NCBI GenBank assembly: GCA_003971905.1
Contig: RSEE01000082.1
Coordinates: forward strand, 124,001-188,000
Reading direction: 5' to 3'
DNA length: 64,000 nucleotides
Source of the DNA: Moniliella sp. 'wahieum'
Lineage: Eukaryota
Shown piece by piece: positions 37,301 to 58,270 of the stretch. Position 1 is the stretch's first letter. Each line of letters opens with the position of its first letter. The notes below the pieces were generated by a model. That model was not told the DNA's origin and did no database searches. It saw nothing but the letters and a program-made list of their open reading frames with translations. Position numbers and translations under genes: made by a program.

Positions 37301-37940
37301 ACGTGTGATGCACGCGTTGGCGCTGTTGGCCGGTGGCAGTTGGCGTTTGGGGCGAGCGCTTGCGGGAGGGGGCCTGCCCCCTCCCCCCGGCGGCTCGGCA
37401 TCTTGTTGTGCAACAAGTATGCAGCCGCAGCGCTGCCAGCGCCTCGTGGGTTAGATCCATCCATCTATCCATATATCTATCTGTGCGTCGTAGTCCGCCC
37501 CACGACGCACCATTGCATCTCCGAACCGATGCATACTGGAACCACATGTGCCCTAGTGGTCTATCCCCCGTTCTGGTCTGTACCCTCTATTTTGCCGCCT
37601 ACCTCTTTCAACGTTCAACGTTTAACGTTCAACCTCGAGACTGGAAAGCAGGTGTGTCATGCGAGACGAGCCGGGGAACATGAGGTATCGGCCCCTGAGG
37701 AGAAGACGAACAAAACAGCCCCCCCCCCCAGGCAAGCGCAACTAAAGGGTGGATGTGCCGGTGGGGAAGGGGGGAGGGGAGGGTGTGGGGCGTGGAACGC
37801 ACAACGCAGAATGTGAAAGTAGGAACGAGACAAGGAACAGGGAGACTACAGGCCTACACGCCTACAAGCGTTAAGCAGGCGGATATCCACGTAGGCAGGC
37901 AGGCAGGCAGATAGGTGTGTGTATGTCTGGGCGGGAGAGG

Positions 37941-38225
37941 CTAGGCGACAACCTCGCCCTTGAGGACCTCCTTGCCGGTCTTTTTGATCTTTTCCAAGAC
38001 CGTGTCGTAGGGCGCAGAGCCCTTGACGACGACGCTCTGCTGGTCGAGGTTGACGTCGTAGGAGGAGACGCCATCGAGCTTGCCCAGCACGCGGCTGACG
38101 GCGCCGCTGCAGCCGCTGCAGGTCATCTTGACGGTAAAGTGGTACTCGTGCTGAGGGGGGGGGAGGGGGGGTCAGGCGGGGATGCGGAGGGGGGGCAAGG
38201 CGGAAGGGCCACATACCTCGGCCAT
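37941..38225 (-). CDS. ATX1: Copper chaperone (HMA domain)
   Basis: MAE, intron GTATGT(38216)...CAG(38151), then HEYHFTVKMTCSGCSGAV...IKKTGKEV, containing the MTCxxC and KTGK motifs. Confidence 0.96.
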
Positions 38226-38913
38226 GGTGGGAGAGGGAGGGGAGGTGGAGGGGAGGAGAGGGAGCGCAGCTGGGCCAGCGGGGGGTTGAAGGGACGGATC
38301 CGCCTGATCTGATCCGGCAGGTCAAGGTGCTGCGGCCGGAGTTTGGCCTGTGGGCCTTGCATGACCGATTAGGCTTAGGAGCGGGGGCTTACCTCAGCAG
38401 CGCACCGCTCGGGTGCTAGGGTTGATGGCGTGCTGCAGCAGCAGGGTTGCGCGTGCAACACTACAATATTCACCTTTGGCCATCCATCCACCCCACCAGG
38501 GGTTATAAACCCACGCAGGCACGGGTGTGCACGGCGGCATGGATGACGGCCGGAGTTGGGCGGGGTACATAGCGAGGAGATACGTACGTCCCTATCCACC
38601 GTCTCCACCCCCTGCCACGGCGGGGGTGTGCATGGCGGTCGCATATATATGCGAGGGCGCGCTCGACGGACCCCAGACGACGGACGACGCAGCGCTGGCC
38701 GCAGCCCACGCGTGACGGGCGTGGCGTGTGCGTTGCTCCTATCCAGTGCGCACATACTAGTGCCCAGCGCCCACACCAGCAGTCCTACCCGTCTCGCCCC
38801 CTCGCTGCGCCCATCCGCAACGCCACGCCCACCGCATCCACCACCGCCCACCGCATCCATCCATCCATCCTCCATCCATCCATCCTCCATCCATCCTGCC
38901 CCCCTCCACCAGC

Positions 38914-41900
38914 ATGTCCGTGCACCACCCCCCATACCCCGCCCCCGCCCCCCCAGCCTCCTCTCCGTCCTCGCCACCCACCTTGCCGCCTCCCCCACCC
39001 ACTCGCCCCACACCCGCCGCCCCTGGTCCTCAGCCTCGCCGCCCTCCTCCAGCCCCGCATCCACACCCTCTTCCACGCCGTCCCGCCGCACACCCCCTTC
39101 AGCCTCGCCCGCGCCGCCGGCCCCCCGCGCTTTGGCCAGCCCCCCGACCCCGACGACCCCCACCACCCCGCCACCATTGCCGAGGAGCAGCTCGCGCCCA
39201 TGCCATCCACCGTCTCGCCGCCCTCGTCGACGCAGGCTTCCTCACCCCCGCAGCCGTCCCGTCCTCCTCCTCATCGCCAGGCCGCAGCCCCGCCGCCGCC
39301 GCAGCAGCAGTTCCCTCGGCGGCATTCTTGCTCCAGGACGGCGGCCAGGATCTGTGGCTGGTAGTCCACCGGCCTCTTCCCTGCCCACGGCTGTCATGCC
39401 CGCCTTGGCCTGCTGCTACGCCCCCACCTGCGCCACCACCACCTCCTCACCCCCCTCTGCGACAGTCCTGCCGGCTGCTACTCCCCCACGTGTCCCTGCC
39501 GCGCCGGGCCCTCGGCCACCCCACGCGTAGCCAATCCCGATCCCGACGCACCCACGTCAGCCTCCACGGTCCGGCACATGTCCCAAACCAATAATCATCA
39601 AGCGCCCCCAGTCCGCAAGGGCTCTCGCCCTTCCCCGCACATCCGTCGCCACTCGTCCCTCGCCGCCAGCATCTCCAGCAGTATCACTACCCGTCCCTGG
39701 CGGCTATACCTCCATCAGCAGTCCCGCCGCCACGCCTCCCAACGGACAGCAACCGCAGCTTTCTCCCGCTCCGCTGGACAACCCTTTTGCTTCCTCCTCG
39801 CCTCGTCGGCCTTCTCGGCCACTCAGTCCACTCAGTCCACTTAGTGGCCCTCCTGTTTTCGAGACCAATGGTACTCCCTCTTCGTCTCTCCTTGGCACCG
39901 CCACCACCACCACACACCACCACCACCACCCACTACCTCCTCCTCCTCCTCCGTGCCCATCAGCGGGGCTGGGGGCATCCGCCAATCTGGTTCGCGCCCT
40001 TCCCTCTCCCATCATCCTCCGCCGCCGACATTGTTTGAGACTCCGTGGGACACGTCCCATCCCCTCACCCAAACCATCGAGGACGAGGACAACCCCCCAC
40101 CCCAGGCGTCAGCGTGCGCACCAGATCAAGATCAAGGCAGCAAAACCCTCCGGAGCAAACTGCCTCCGTCGAGCCACCGACCCCCCGTACCTGTCGGCGG
40201 GACAGTAGTACGACCACCGTCGATGTTTGGATCACATTCCGTCGATGCAAGTAGCAGTCAACGTCGCTTGACGGCGGACCAAGCTGCGGAACAAGACGAG
40301 TTGTTGAACCGCACCAAAACCAGCAAGTCCCTCCCTACCAACCCACACCCCAATGCGCTTGGTCTTCGCTACCCTGGCTCCTTGGTCCCTCCCACGGTCG
40401 CCTCCTCTTCTTCGTCGGGGACTTGGCAACCGTCTTCGTACCAAGCTACGGGACTTGTTTCTGCAGCCCAGCAGGCGACTTCTTCGCCCTCTTCTCCCGC
40501 TTTCTCCCCGCCCACGTCGCGAGCTTCATCCAGTGGACCTTGGGGCCCAAGTCCTACGCCGCTACTGGACCGGCCTCCGAACGAGCGGCTACACGCGTCG
40601 CTGCAGGATGTCTTGACGCACAAGGTGGCTACCAACCGGCGTCCTGAGTGGGTGGAACTTATCCTGCTTTCCAGCACGCTCCCACCTGGTACCAGTCCCG
40701 AGCACAAGCGCGAATGTGGGCGGCAAAATGCGCTGAACGAGTTGTGCTATAACCATGCGGCGTTCGTTGGCGATCTGCGCTTGCTGCGCGACACGATCCT
40801 CCCTGCGCTCCAAACTGGCATTCTTCCGTCTGGACTGGACACGGCGGGCCAGCACAACATCGTTCGTACCACCACGACGGCCAGTACGGAGTCGAGCATG
40901 AGCGCGACCACGAGCATGAGCATGAGCACGATGCGTGCACCGTCGTGGCTGCCTACATCTGCGACGCCTCGTCACTTGAGCTCAGGTCTGCTCAGTCCAA
41001 GTACGCTCTTATCCTCCTCTCCTACTGCGGGGTTAAAGTTGTCGCCAAGTCGGACGGACTTGTGTACGCAAATGATCCGTACGACCAGCATGCTAATCAA
41101 AGTGAACGAGGAATTACTCTTTGACCTGATGCAACGTGTCTTGGCCGCGCGCGAAGGGTACATTACGCATGTGGGAGATCTCTTGGTAGCGCATTACACC
41201 CGACCTGGATTTTGGCCTGCGGTACGAACCTACTTTACTGTTTCGCAGCGGTACCTCACCGAGCTCCAGATGGACTATTTGCGCGACACGCAGTTCCAGG
41301 AATTCGTTCGGTTGCTTTCCCAGACCGCAGGGGCGAACAAGAAAGACGTGATGGCGTTGGTAGATCGGCCTCGGACCGCGTTGCCGCAGGGAGCGCTGCC
41401 GTTGAAACCGATTTTGGACAAGACGCGGGCGGGAGGGTGGGCCGGGTTAACCGAGGCGCAAACTCAAGAGGAAAAAGAGCAATTACGACGTGCACATAGT
41501 TTGCTCACCAATATTGCATTTACTTGACAAGGAAGTGATTCCCAACAGCACAGCGCGGTGTCAAGCGCTACAGCTGCACCAGCGGCTCTTGTGGAAAGCT
41601 AATGTGGCATTGGAGATGCCTCTATGATCCATACGGTGCGCCTAGCTGGGCCGCACCGACGAGTGCTCTTGGACAAGGCGGGGCGTAAGGCAGTGTACGC
41701 TGGCGCGCCCTCAAACACGAACTCGAACTTGTCCTCGTACGTGCCAGGACAAGTGCAACAATCGATCCAGCCGTTACGTTTGGTATTGACCGACTCGTCG
41801 TTGTTGGTCTTGGTGCCGGTGACTGTATCGATCAAGTACCTCATTCTCCACTCGACTCGCACGTCCGACATTGACGATCCGTATTACGTCGCCGACCGGG

Positions 41901-44271
41901 TGCATGCGGAAACCGACCCGAGGTTGGACACGGAACTCACGGAAGCGTTCCGCTTTGCTTGGAGGGTACGTTTTGTCTCTTGTCTCTTGTCTCTTGTCTC
42001 TTGTCTCTTGTCCCCCTTATTGTTGCTCTTGCTCTTGCTCTTATTGCGTTTGAGGGGTATGGTGAAAGGGCGTTGTGGTAAAAGCGAAATATGGGAGAAA
42101 GTACTGACGCAGCCTCATCGGTTTCGGTTTCATTCGATTTGGGTTCGGATTTGGGTTCTTCTGTGTGGGGATGATATGTGCATGGGATACGTTTTGGGTG
42201 TGCTTTGTTGTACAGCCGATTCCACTGGAGGCACTGGAGATGGGCAAGTTTGATGAACCTGCGATCCAGGGGAGAAACAAACGTTGTACCCGTTCCATTT
42301 GGGGCACGTTGCGACCGGTCCCAAGGTACTCTACACCACCACCTCCTCCGAGCGGGAAGAGATTGAAAAAGTGGTGCAGGAGGCAGCTGACGCACGTAAA
42401 GTCACCATCTCCCAGTATGCGCCTATGCAGCTCAACCTCTTGACTGAGCAGCGTTCTCCGTCGCTACGTCCGCTGCACCTTCTTCTTCTTCTTCCACTTC
42501 CACTTCCACCTCTACTTCTACTCCCACCCCTTCAACCTCTTTTACTTCTTCAGCTTCTTGTGGTGCTACTCTTCCGGCGCAACCAGCGGGCCCCGCGACG
42601 CAAATGGAAGTGGTGAAAGCGATTGTGTTCCAGACGAACGAGGGACGGGAATGGATGGCGATCGCGACGCGTTCGACTGTCTGGGTAGGCCAACGGGGGT
42701 TGCCGTTGCACCCCGCCTTATCTGCCAGCAGCTGCAACATTGTCAACATGGCGCTATTTGCACCGTGCCTCGGCAGCCGGTACACGGGCACGTTGGTGGT
42801 GCAGTTGGGCACCGACGTGTGGGGGTACGCGTTGGATGCGATCTTGGCGCGTGACGCGGCTTTGCAGGAAATCAGCAGGGTGCGGATCAACCGTGGTCGC
42901 CGTGACGAGGTGGGCGTGATGCGCATAGGAAAGACCCCTGGTTCAACGGGCAGACCAGTACTAGTGTACCAACATCGTCGTACCCATGGACATTTCGGTA
43001 CGTGCACGTCGAGCCCAGCAGCAGCAGTGGCGGCAAGCTTGGTGGTGGTGCATCTGGGGCGGGGGGACTTCAACCTCAATCTCGACGGTTGGGGGGCTAC
43101 GACGCATGTTCGGTTCGTCCGTGCGACGCGGGGCGAGTGGACAAGTGGAACTGAGTAACGATCGTACGCTCTCGACGCAGCGTAAGCATCCTCGTGCGAT
43201 CCAGTGTGTACGGTGCCGGGGTGGCGGTGATGCATGAGGATGGGGTGGACGTTGTGCATCCTACCTTGAGTGCGCAGGGCGACCCAAGCGCCATCATTTC
43301 TTTACCGGACTTCACTTTGACCCCGCGCGCAGCTCGATTTGGTCGATGGTGCGTACGTCGGGGCACAGCAGCACCAGAAGCAGTACCAAACCAAGAAGCC
43401 GCACCAACACCAACAGCGGCCCCAGTCGCAGTCGCAGGAGGGACCGGCCTCTACGTCAGTGGGCGGTGGGACAACAGCGACGACGCCGACGACGCAAGAC
43501 CAAGCGGAGACGGAGATGACCTTGTCGCGCGTACCTAACCGAGTGCGGTCCGAACCGAGCTGGAAAACAGTCAAGTGCTCTGTCTCTTCTCGGTTCCTAG
43601 GCCTGTGCGTGCGCAGCACGCGAACCCTCCTGCGCCCTCTACGGCGCTTACCTTGCAAGCCTCGCCAGGCTTACCTGCTCCGACGGCCGCAGGTGCGGGC
43701 ACGGGAACGGGCACGGGCACGGGTGCGGGTGCTGTGGCGTAGGCGTACGCCTACGGGTGCGACGGGACATTTTGCTCGTGTACCAAAAGTACGGCGTGTA
43801 CGTGGTTTCGGAGCAAGGTGGGATGGCGAACTGTGCTGGGTCACCTACGCGGATGGAAGATGCGTTCGCGTGGGAAGGACGACCAGAACATGTGATCCAA
43901 CGTGGCGAGTACCTGGTTGCAATAAGTAAGCGGTTAATCGAGGTGCGTAGGACCGATGGAAGGTTGCTCCAGGTCTTGGCGGATCCCATTGGCACCTCGT
44001 CTCGGGTGACGTTGTGATCATGCCCCCCCTGGCCGGTGAAGATCAACTCACCCCAAGCGGTGGGAGCAGGGGCAGTACGAGTACGACTTCCCCCCACGCA
44101 CAAAAGGGCACCCACAAGGGCACCCACCAGAGCAACAATAAGGACAACAAGGAGGCGACACAACCCATCTTGGTGTGCCAGCGGGCGCCGTCGCGTGTGC
44201 CCGGGTACGAGGAGCAGACGGTTTTTGAGCTGGTGCTCAAGCGGCGCGAACCCGGTAAGACGGCGGCCTAA
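38914..44271 (+). CDS. Divergent RhoGEF (DH)-PH-CNH protein, Rom2/Tus1-like
   Basis: Pro/Ser-rich N-terminus, DH-like RQNALNELC...FVGDL and ILDKT, a PH-like region, an intron near 41967-42214, and CNH-like ILLVYQKYGVYV...FAWEGRPE...YLVAISKRLIEVR...GRLLQV and QTVFELVL. Confidence 0.75.
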
Positions 44272-45098
44272 ACGCGTTCTGCTTGGTAGGTACGTGTACG
44301 TCGTCTACGTGTATGTACCCCGTACTACGTGGACTTGTACATGTCCCATGCCATACAGTCCGCAGCGGCCTGCTGCGGGAGGGAGATTGGGCCAGGAGAC
44401 GTATGTGCCATGTTCAAGTGAAGCCGGATGCGGGTGAATGCGGTTGGGTGCGGTTGAAGGTGAACCTGAATCTTGGCCTGTGAATTAGGTGGGGGGGGGG
44501 GGGGGGGGGTACCCGGAGGAGTTTACCGGTTGCCGATTCCCGATTACCGATTACGATTGACATGGACACTATGTGGTACGAGATCTGGGATGGACGGATG
44601 ATACGGATGATACTGAGACGGAGATGGAGATGCAGGGGTGCCAATTAACCCGTCTTCCATGCCATGTTATACTAGCCCCAAAAAGTATGGCGTCTTCCGC
44701 ATCATCAGACGTATAATAGTAGAGGTTCCCCGTTGAAGTTCTGACGTTAGATCTGTTGAGATATCGCACGAAACTTAAGGGTTCGTGGAAAACTTGAGAC
44801 AAGGGATACTAATTGGAATCCGCAATGCATCGACAATAGGTAGTACGTTCATTGGCTGTACCAACACGAGAAGATGGCCAACAGAAGAGGGAAGGGTGTG
44901 TGTAAAAAGACATCTAGGTCAACGGTAGGGGAGGGGGAGGGGGAGGCAGAGAGCACAAGAAGAAGGATCCACAAACGTGGTAGTAGCTGTTTCAGTACTC
45001 AAGTACACACAAAGTACACAAGCACTCAGTCCGAGATCCCACCCCGATCCCAGATCCCACAGATCCCATACCACAGACCACAGACCACAGATGCACGC

Positions 45099-46500
45099 TT
45101 ACTTAGTCTGCGTCGCGTCCTCGCCCGTCTTGTGGAGCTTGTGGGCGAGGCGATCCAAGAACGAGGGGTGGGTCTGCTTTGCACGCTCGTCATAGGCAGA
45201 AGAGTGCGTTTCGGTATCCTGCTCAGCCCCTCTGCGGCGACAGTACCAGGGCCCAAGACTTCCTCTTGCACCAGATCGCTTGGGCCAGACGACGCATCGT
45301 ACGTGCCGCCTCCGACGGGTTGCTTGGGAGCCGGATGGCCAGCTTCGAGTACCGGGTCCGCACCAGGAACACCCGAGAGAGCCGCCATGGGTTCCGATGG
45401 GGATGGCTCTCCACCCCCATGCTCATGCCCATGCCCATGCGCGTGGTGATGAGCGTGGTGATGGTCGAAACAGTACGTCGGATCCGTTTCATCGCGCGGC
45501 ACTTCATGTTTCATTCTGTTTTGGGCTGCAATCGCCTCGTTCCAATCCACCTCGACCCGAGGCAAGGAGGCTACCTCGTGCACCACGCAGTCCGATGGGA
45601 GTCGTGCGCCCTCACTGCCAGCGACCGAAGCGATCGAAGCGGCAGAAGCGACGGAAGGAGTTGTGCAGACCAACCGAAGTATTAGTGGCGTCTTTGTCAG
45701 TGTCGGATGAACAGGAACAGCGGTCTCCTTCTCGGCTCGCATTGCACCCACGGTCCCTGGTCCCAAAACCCGTTCCTGCACCAACGTGGTTGGGCCCAAA
45801 GCTGCATCGTACGTGCCACCACCGATGGGGTGCGTGCGGGTCTCACCCCATGTGGGATGGGCGGTATCCACGACGGAGTCGGGGGAGAGACATCCCCTTC
45901 GCATGTCGGTGAGAATGGTGGGTGAAAGAGTAGTTCTTCGGAGTAACATCTTGCGGTACCTCCTGTTGGAGTCTGTGCTGGGCCAACAAGGCAGCGTTAC
46001 GGTCCACCTCGACCTGAGGCATGGAAGCTACCTTGTGCACGACGCAGTCGGAGGGAAGGCCCGCGCCATCGGCCCGGTACCTGCAATGGTGTACGACTCA
46101 TGCAGAGGGTTCTCACTTGCCGCTGTCGTAGTCTTCTCTAAGGCCGGGTGGGGAGCCTTGGCCTGCTCGGCGCGCATAGCACCCACGGTCCCTGGGCCAA
46201 CACCGTCTCTTGCATCAAAATGGTGGGGCCAGAGGAGGCGTCGTACGTGCCCCCACCGACGGGGTGGGCGGGGCACCTCCTAAGCTCGGATCAACGTGTG
46301 CGGGTGGTTCAGCGACAGAGTCGTCCGCCAGCGCGTGGGCGTGCTTGTGCGGGTGATGGTGCGTAAACCATACGACGGAGAGTGAACGTCGCGCGGCACG
46401 GCATGTTCGAGCTTGTGCTGGGTTTAACACATGTGGGCACCTCCACCACTCTGCCCGGTCCTTGCTTTGGCCGCTGCCACATTCCCTGTCTTTGTCATGG
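45099..46500 (-). CDS. Hypothetical His-rich protein with three internal ~150-aa repeat modules; start uncertain
   Basis: P(V/I)GGGTYDAxxGPxxLxQExVLGPGTV is encoded three times (~46250, ~45815, ~45305) with synonymous divergence. C-terminus HPSFLDRLAHKLHKTGEDATQTK*, TAA at 45101-45099. Confidence 0.7.
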
Positions 46501-46860
46501 TGCACTCGTAGCAAAAAGAAGACCAAAAAGTAGAAGTACTGAGAGGCCTTACGGTTGGGACTCTTAGTATAACTGTGGGAGGACTCGCCGGCGCCACCAC
46601 AGTGTCCGCGAGCATCACGCATCACACATCACGCATAACACATCACACATCGCGCTGTTCCATCCGCCTCTCGGCTAGGTTCTGCCCCTATCGAGCTGCT
46701 CTCATGTATCGGTCCATTCCTGTCACTGCCACCTTCACTCTCATTCTGCATTCAATTTCCATCTTCTCTCGTCGACCTCGACCTCGGTCCCCAGTCGCAA
46801 GCACGCACTGCATGGTAATCGCAAATCCAATGGACTGCACCATGGGGCACTTTTTGGCAT

Positions 46861-46866
46861 AAAAAA
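46861..46866 (-). terminator. RNA polymerase III oligo(dT) terminator of the tRNA-Ile gene
   Basis: T6 run one base after the discriminator on the minus strand. Confidence 0.85.
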
Positions 46867-46867
46867 G

Positions 46868-46963
46868 TGGTCAATATGAGGCTTGAACTCATGACCTTGG
46901 CATCACCAACACTCCTGAATGGACATATTAGTACCACGCTCTGACCAACTGAGCTAATCGACC
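46868..46963 (-). tRNA. tRNA-Ile(AAT) with a 22-nt intron (46904-46925)
   Basis: GGTCGATTAGCTCAGTTGGTCAGAGCGTGGTACT-AAT-A[intron]ATGCCAAGGTCATGAGTTCAAGCCTCATATTGACCA. All four stems pair and the intron is at the canonical 37/38 position. Confidence 0.95.
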
Positions 46964-47343
46964 TGAATATTATACCAACCGGTTGCCCACTATGAAGCTT
47001 GTATAATGCCTGTCAAGGACACCGAAACGCGGATCCCACTCTAGTCCCTACCATTGTCGACATGACAGCCGTGCGCACTGAGAGCCGAGACTCAGCGCAG
47101 CTTGAGCCAAGGAGGGAACAGGACATGTAAACCAACTCATCGAGATCGAGACTGGCAGCTACCGCTTAACTGTCAACGAGGATCGAGGATCGAGGATCGG
47201 TCTATCCATTTTTACCACGCTTCTATATACCACGTACGAGTTTTTCACCCCCTCTACCGCACACCCCCCCACCACACATCTACTGCGCGCGGCCGATCCA
47301 GAGGCGTGTCATGATGCATGCCATGTGATTACTAGGATTACTG

Positions 47344-50385
<3,042 letters not shown>

Positions 50386-50842
50386 GGAGGCGGCGGTGTG
50401 GGTGCGTGCCGCTGTGCTTCGGCGGGGGGCGGCTGGGCGATGACGTCGGCGGAGAGCCCAGCAGGCGGAAGGCGGAAGGCGGAAGGGGGCGAGTGACTGC
50501 CCCCCTGCGCGTCGCGTGGGCAGGCGCGGGGGCAGAGGGCCAGCAGACGCGCCGAAACGCGCCGAAGCAGCGCGTCGCCTTCGCACACCAGCCCAGTAGG
50601 GTTGCCATTAATGAGTACCCAGCAGTCCATGCAATGGCAGATCTACAACTGCCTCGATACAGGGCACGCGGGATGTGCATGCGCATGGGCATGCGCATGG
50701 GCATAGGGATAGGCATAGGCATGCGCATGAGGATGGGTGGGAAAAAGAGGAAGAGGATGAAAGAAAAAGGAAGGGCAGAGGATGATGAAAAGGGAGGCTT
50801 TAGGTGCGGTGCCTGGGACGGGGCAACGGGGGCAGACTATGA

Positions 50843-56130
<5,288 letters not shown>

Positions 56131-58090
56131 GGCGGCGGTGGGGTGGTGGTGGTGGCGCGGGGCCACCGTGGAGCGCGGCGTGAACCGGGCGAGCATGCAG
56201 CCGCGCCGGCTGCGGCGTGCAGGCACACTGGCCCCCTGCCGTGCGCGCACCCGCTGCGCCACTGCCCCCGTGCGCTCCGCCACCGGCCGCCGATCGCCGG
56301 GCCCAAGATAGGCTTCCCGAAGCCCAGCCCCCGGCGGACGACAGGCAGCCGCACGCCTGGCTGCTTCGTCCGCCGGCTTCCCGCGCCCACACGCGTGTCA
56401 AGCCACCGCCTCCCGCGCCCGCCCCATCGCCAACAGCATCCCTCGGTTGGTGCCACCTCCCGCCGTGGGGGGCCGTCCTCGCCCTCACCGCCTGCCCCCC
56501 CACTTCCCCACTCTGCTGTCCCCACGTCACGTCAATCGGGACTTCGCAACGGCGGTCCGACCCACGCGCCCAACCCTGAGGGAGGTTGCCTGCTCGTAGG
56601 TTCAGCAGTGCAAGCATAGTATTACCCCAGACGGATCGGTTCCAGCAACTGCCCCCCCCCCCATTCAACGACATTTTATGACAACCGTTGGCAATCGAGA
56701 AAGGCGTACTTACCCTGTCAATGTCCACCCTCGCTTTTGTGTCCCTCCACCACGGCAGCTACCAGTCTGTAGTAGCCTTGCAGTTGTCCCCAAACAGGCT
56801 AGTAATTCAGGCAAACAGGACAGCGACACACTCTTAGTAGTAGGACCAGTTGAATGCCACTGGGCTAACATATCGACGACGTCCATATCGGACCCCTTGG
56901 GGGGTGGGTGAAATGCCCCCCTTCGTCCGGGCAGTGATGGGACTAAAAGTAAAAGCAGTGAATCGTCTATACCCCGGCCCATCTCACCATCAGGAGTCAC
57001 CGCGGGATTACCCACGGGGGGGGGTTGAACGTTGACGGGGAGGTTTGGACGATCTGGGGGGTATTAGGCGGTACGCGTTAGGGGGGGGGGGGAAGAGCGC
57101 ACCGTGGGGGAAGGGTGAGTTGAGTTGCACGCTGCTCCAATCTATAGAGAGCTCATCGACAAATGTCCGTACAGTTTTGCTTTCAGATTTCCATAATTGC
57201 CCCTCACTCCTTTGCTTGCCCCGTTCGGCTTGACCTTGGCGCGCCCCAGGCAGCTCCGTGAAGGCAGGTCAGGTTGGGGATAGGCACAGGAAAAAGAGGG
57301 CAGGTCGTCTCTCGGCTAGATGCAGGCGCCAGACGGCAGACCAGCTCGCCAATACATTGACTAAGTGTGAGCACTATCGTCTCTCTCAGTGCGAAGCACC
57401 AGAGAGGAGGCCTGCTCGGCAGTACATTCGGCTGCACCATGCTCAACACGGTGAGCAATGGGTCATCCACCCCTTCTTGCTGCGTCTCGAGCATCGTTAG
57501 TTCTATGTACATTCTACATGTGTTATCCATCTCTATATTTTGTGACCGTGTCAATGACAGCGCCTAAGGCTGGGACAAAGAAACGCTGCGCCTCAACCGA
57601 CCCGTTCATCCTGCGTGTGCTGCTTGGTAGCACCAACCCCTTTTAAGGAACCAGGGGAATCGCCAGGAGATCAGGACCCTCTCGTGACCACCATCGTAGC
57701 AATTGCAACGACCAGATTGACAACCACATGAAGAAGCGGATTCAACGTTCCACTGGCATACTAGTTCTACGTTCAATCTTTCGGTACATAAGCGGTCCAC
57801 ACCTGACCGTTACTGCATGCACCTCCTCCAGCACCTGCCCTGAACACCACACACACCAAACCCACCGTCGCAAGCTACAGACCCACCGTGCTGCCGGGGG
57901 AAAAACAGGATGAATCGGCATGATCAAGGTATAAAACAAGATGAATCTGCTGGTCAGTCCTTCCCGACCTGAGGCCGCCCCGCCCGCTGTCGGTGTGTGC
58001 CACCGCGGTTCGTGATTGGCTTACAATTGGGTGTGAAGAGAAACACGACCGTGTCCAGTATCCAGTGCCCTCGTCAAACGGACTACGGAG

Positions 58091-58140
58091 GAGACCGATG
58101 GGGACCGCTGGGGACCGATGGGGACCGATGAGGACCACTA
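58091..58140. repeat. Five degenerate copies of the 10-mer GGGACCGATG
   Basis: gagaccgatg gggaccgctg gggaccgatg gggaccgatg aggaccacta. Confidence 0.8.
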
Positions 58141-58270
58141 CGGCCGAGTGGCGAAAGCAACAAGACGATTGCGAGCGTCCGTCGTGGCGTGGCACATCAC
58201 CCCCCCCTCCTGGTCGTGATACGCAAACCAGCCACCCCCCGCCGCTCCCATCCTCCATTCCGCCTACCAC

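Noticed and set aside
46868..46963. tRNA-Ile as a mutated pseudogene or SINE head
   Set aside because: All stems pair, the intron is at the canonical position and an oligo(dT) terminator follows, so it looks like a normal gene.
56700..58260. Additional gene in the lower-GC gap between the DYRK kinase and DCC1
   Set aside because: Only short ORFs with no recognisable motifs or coding-like composition.
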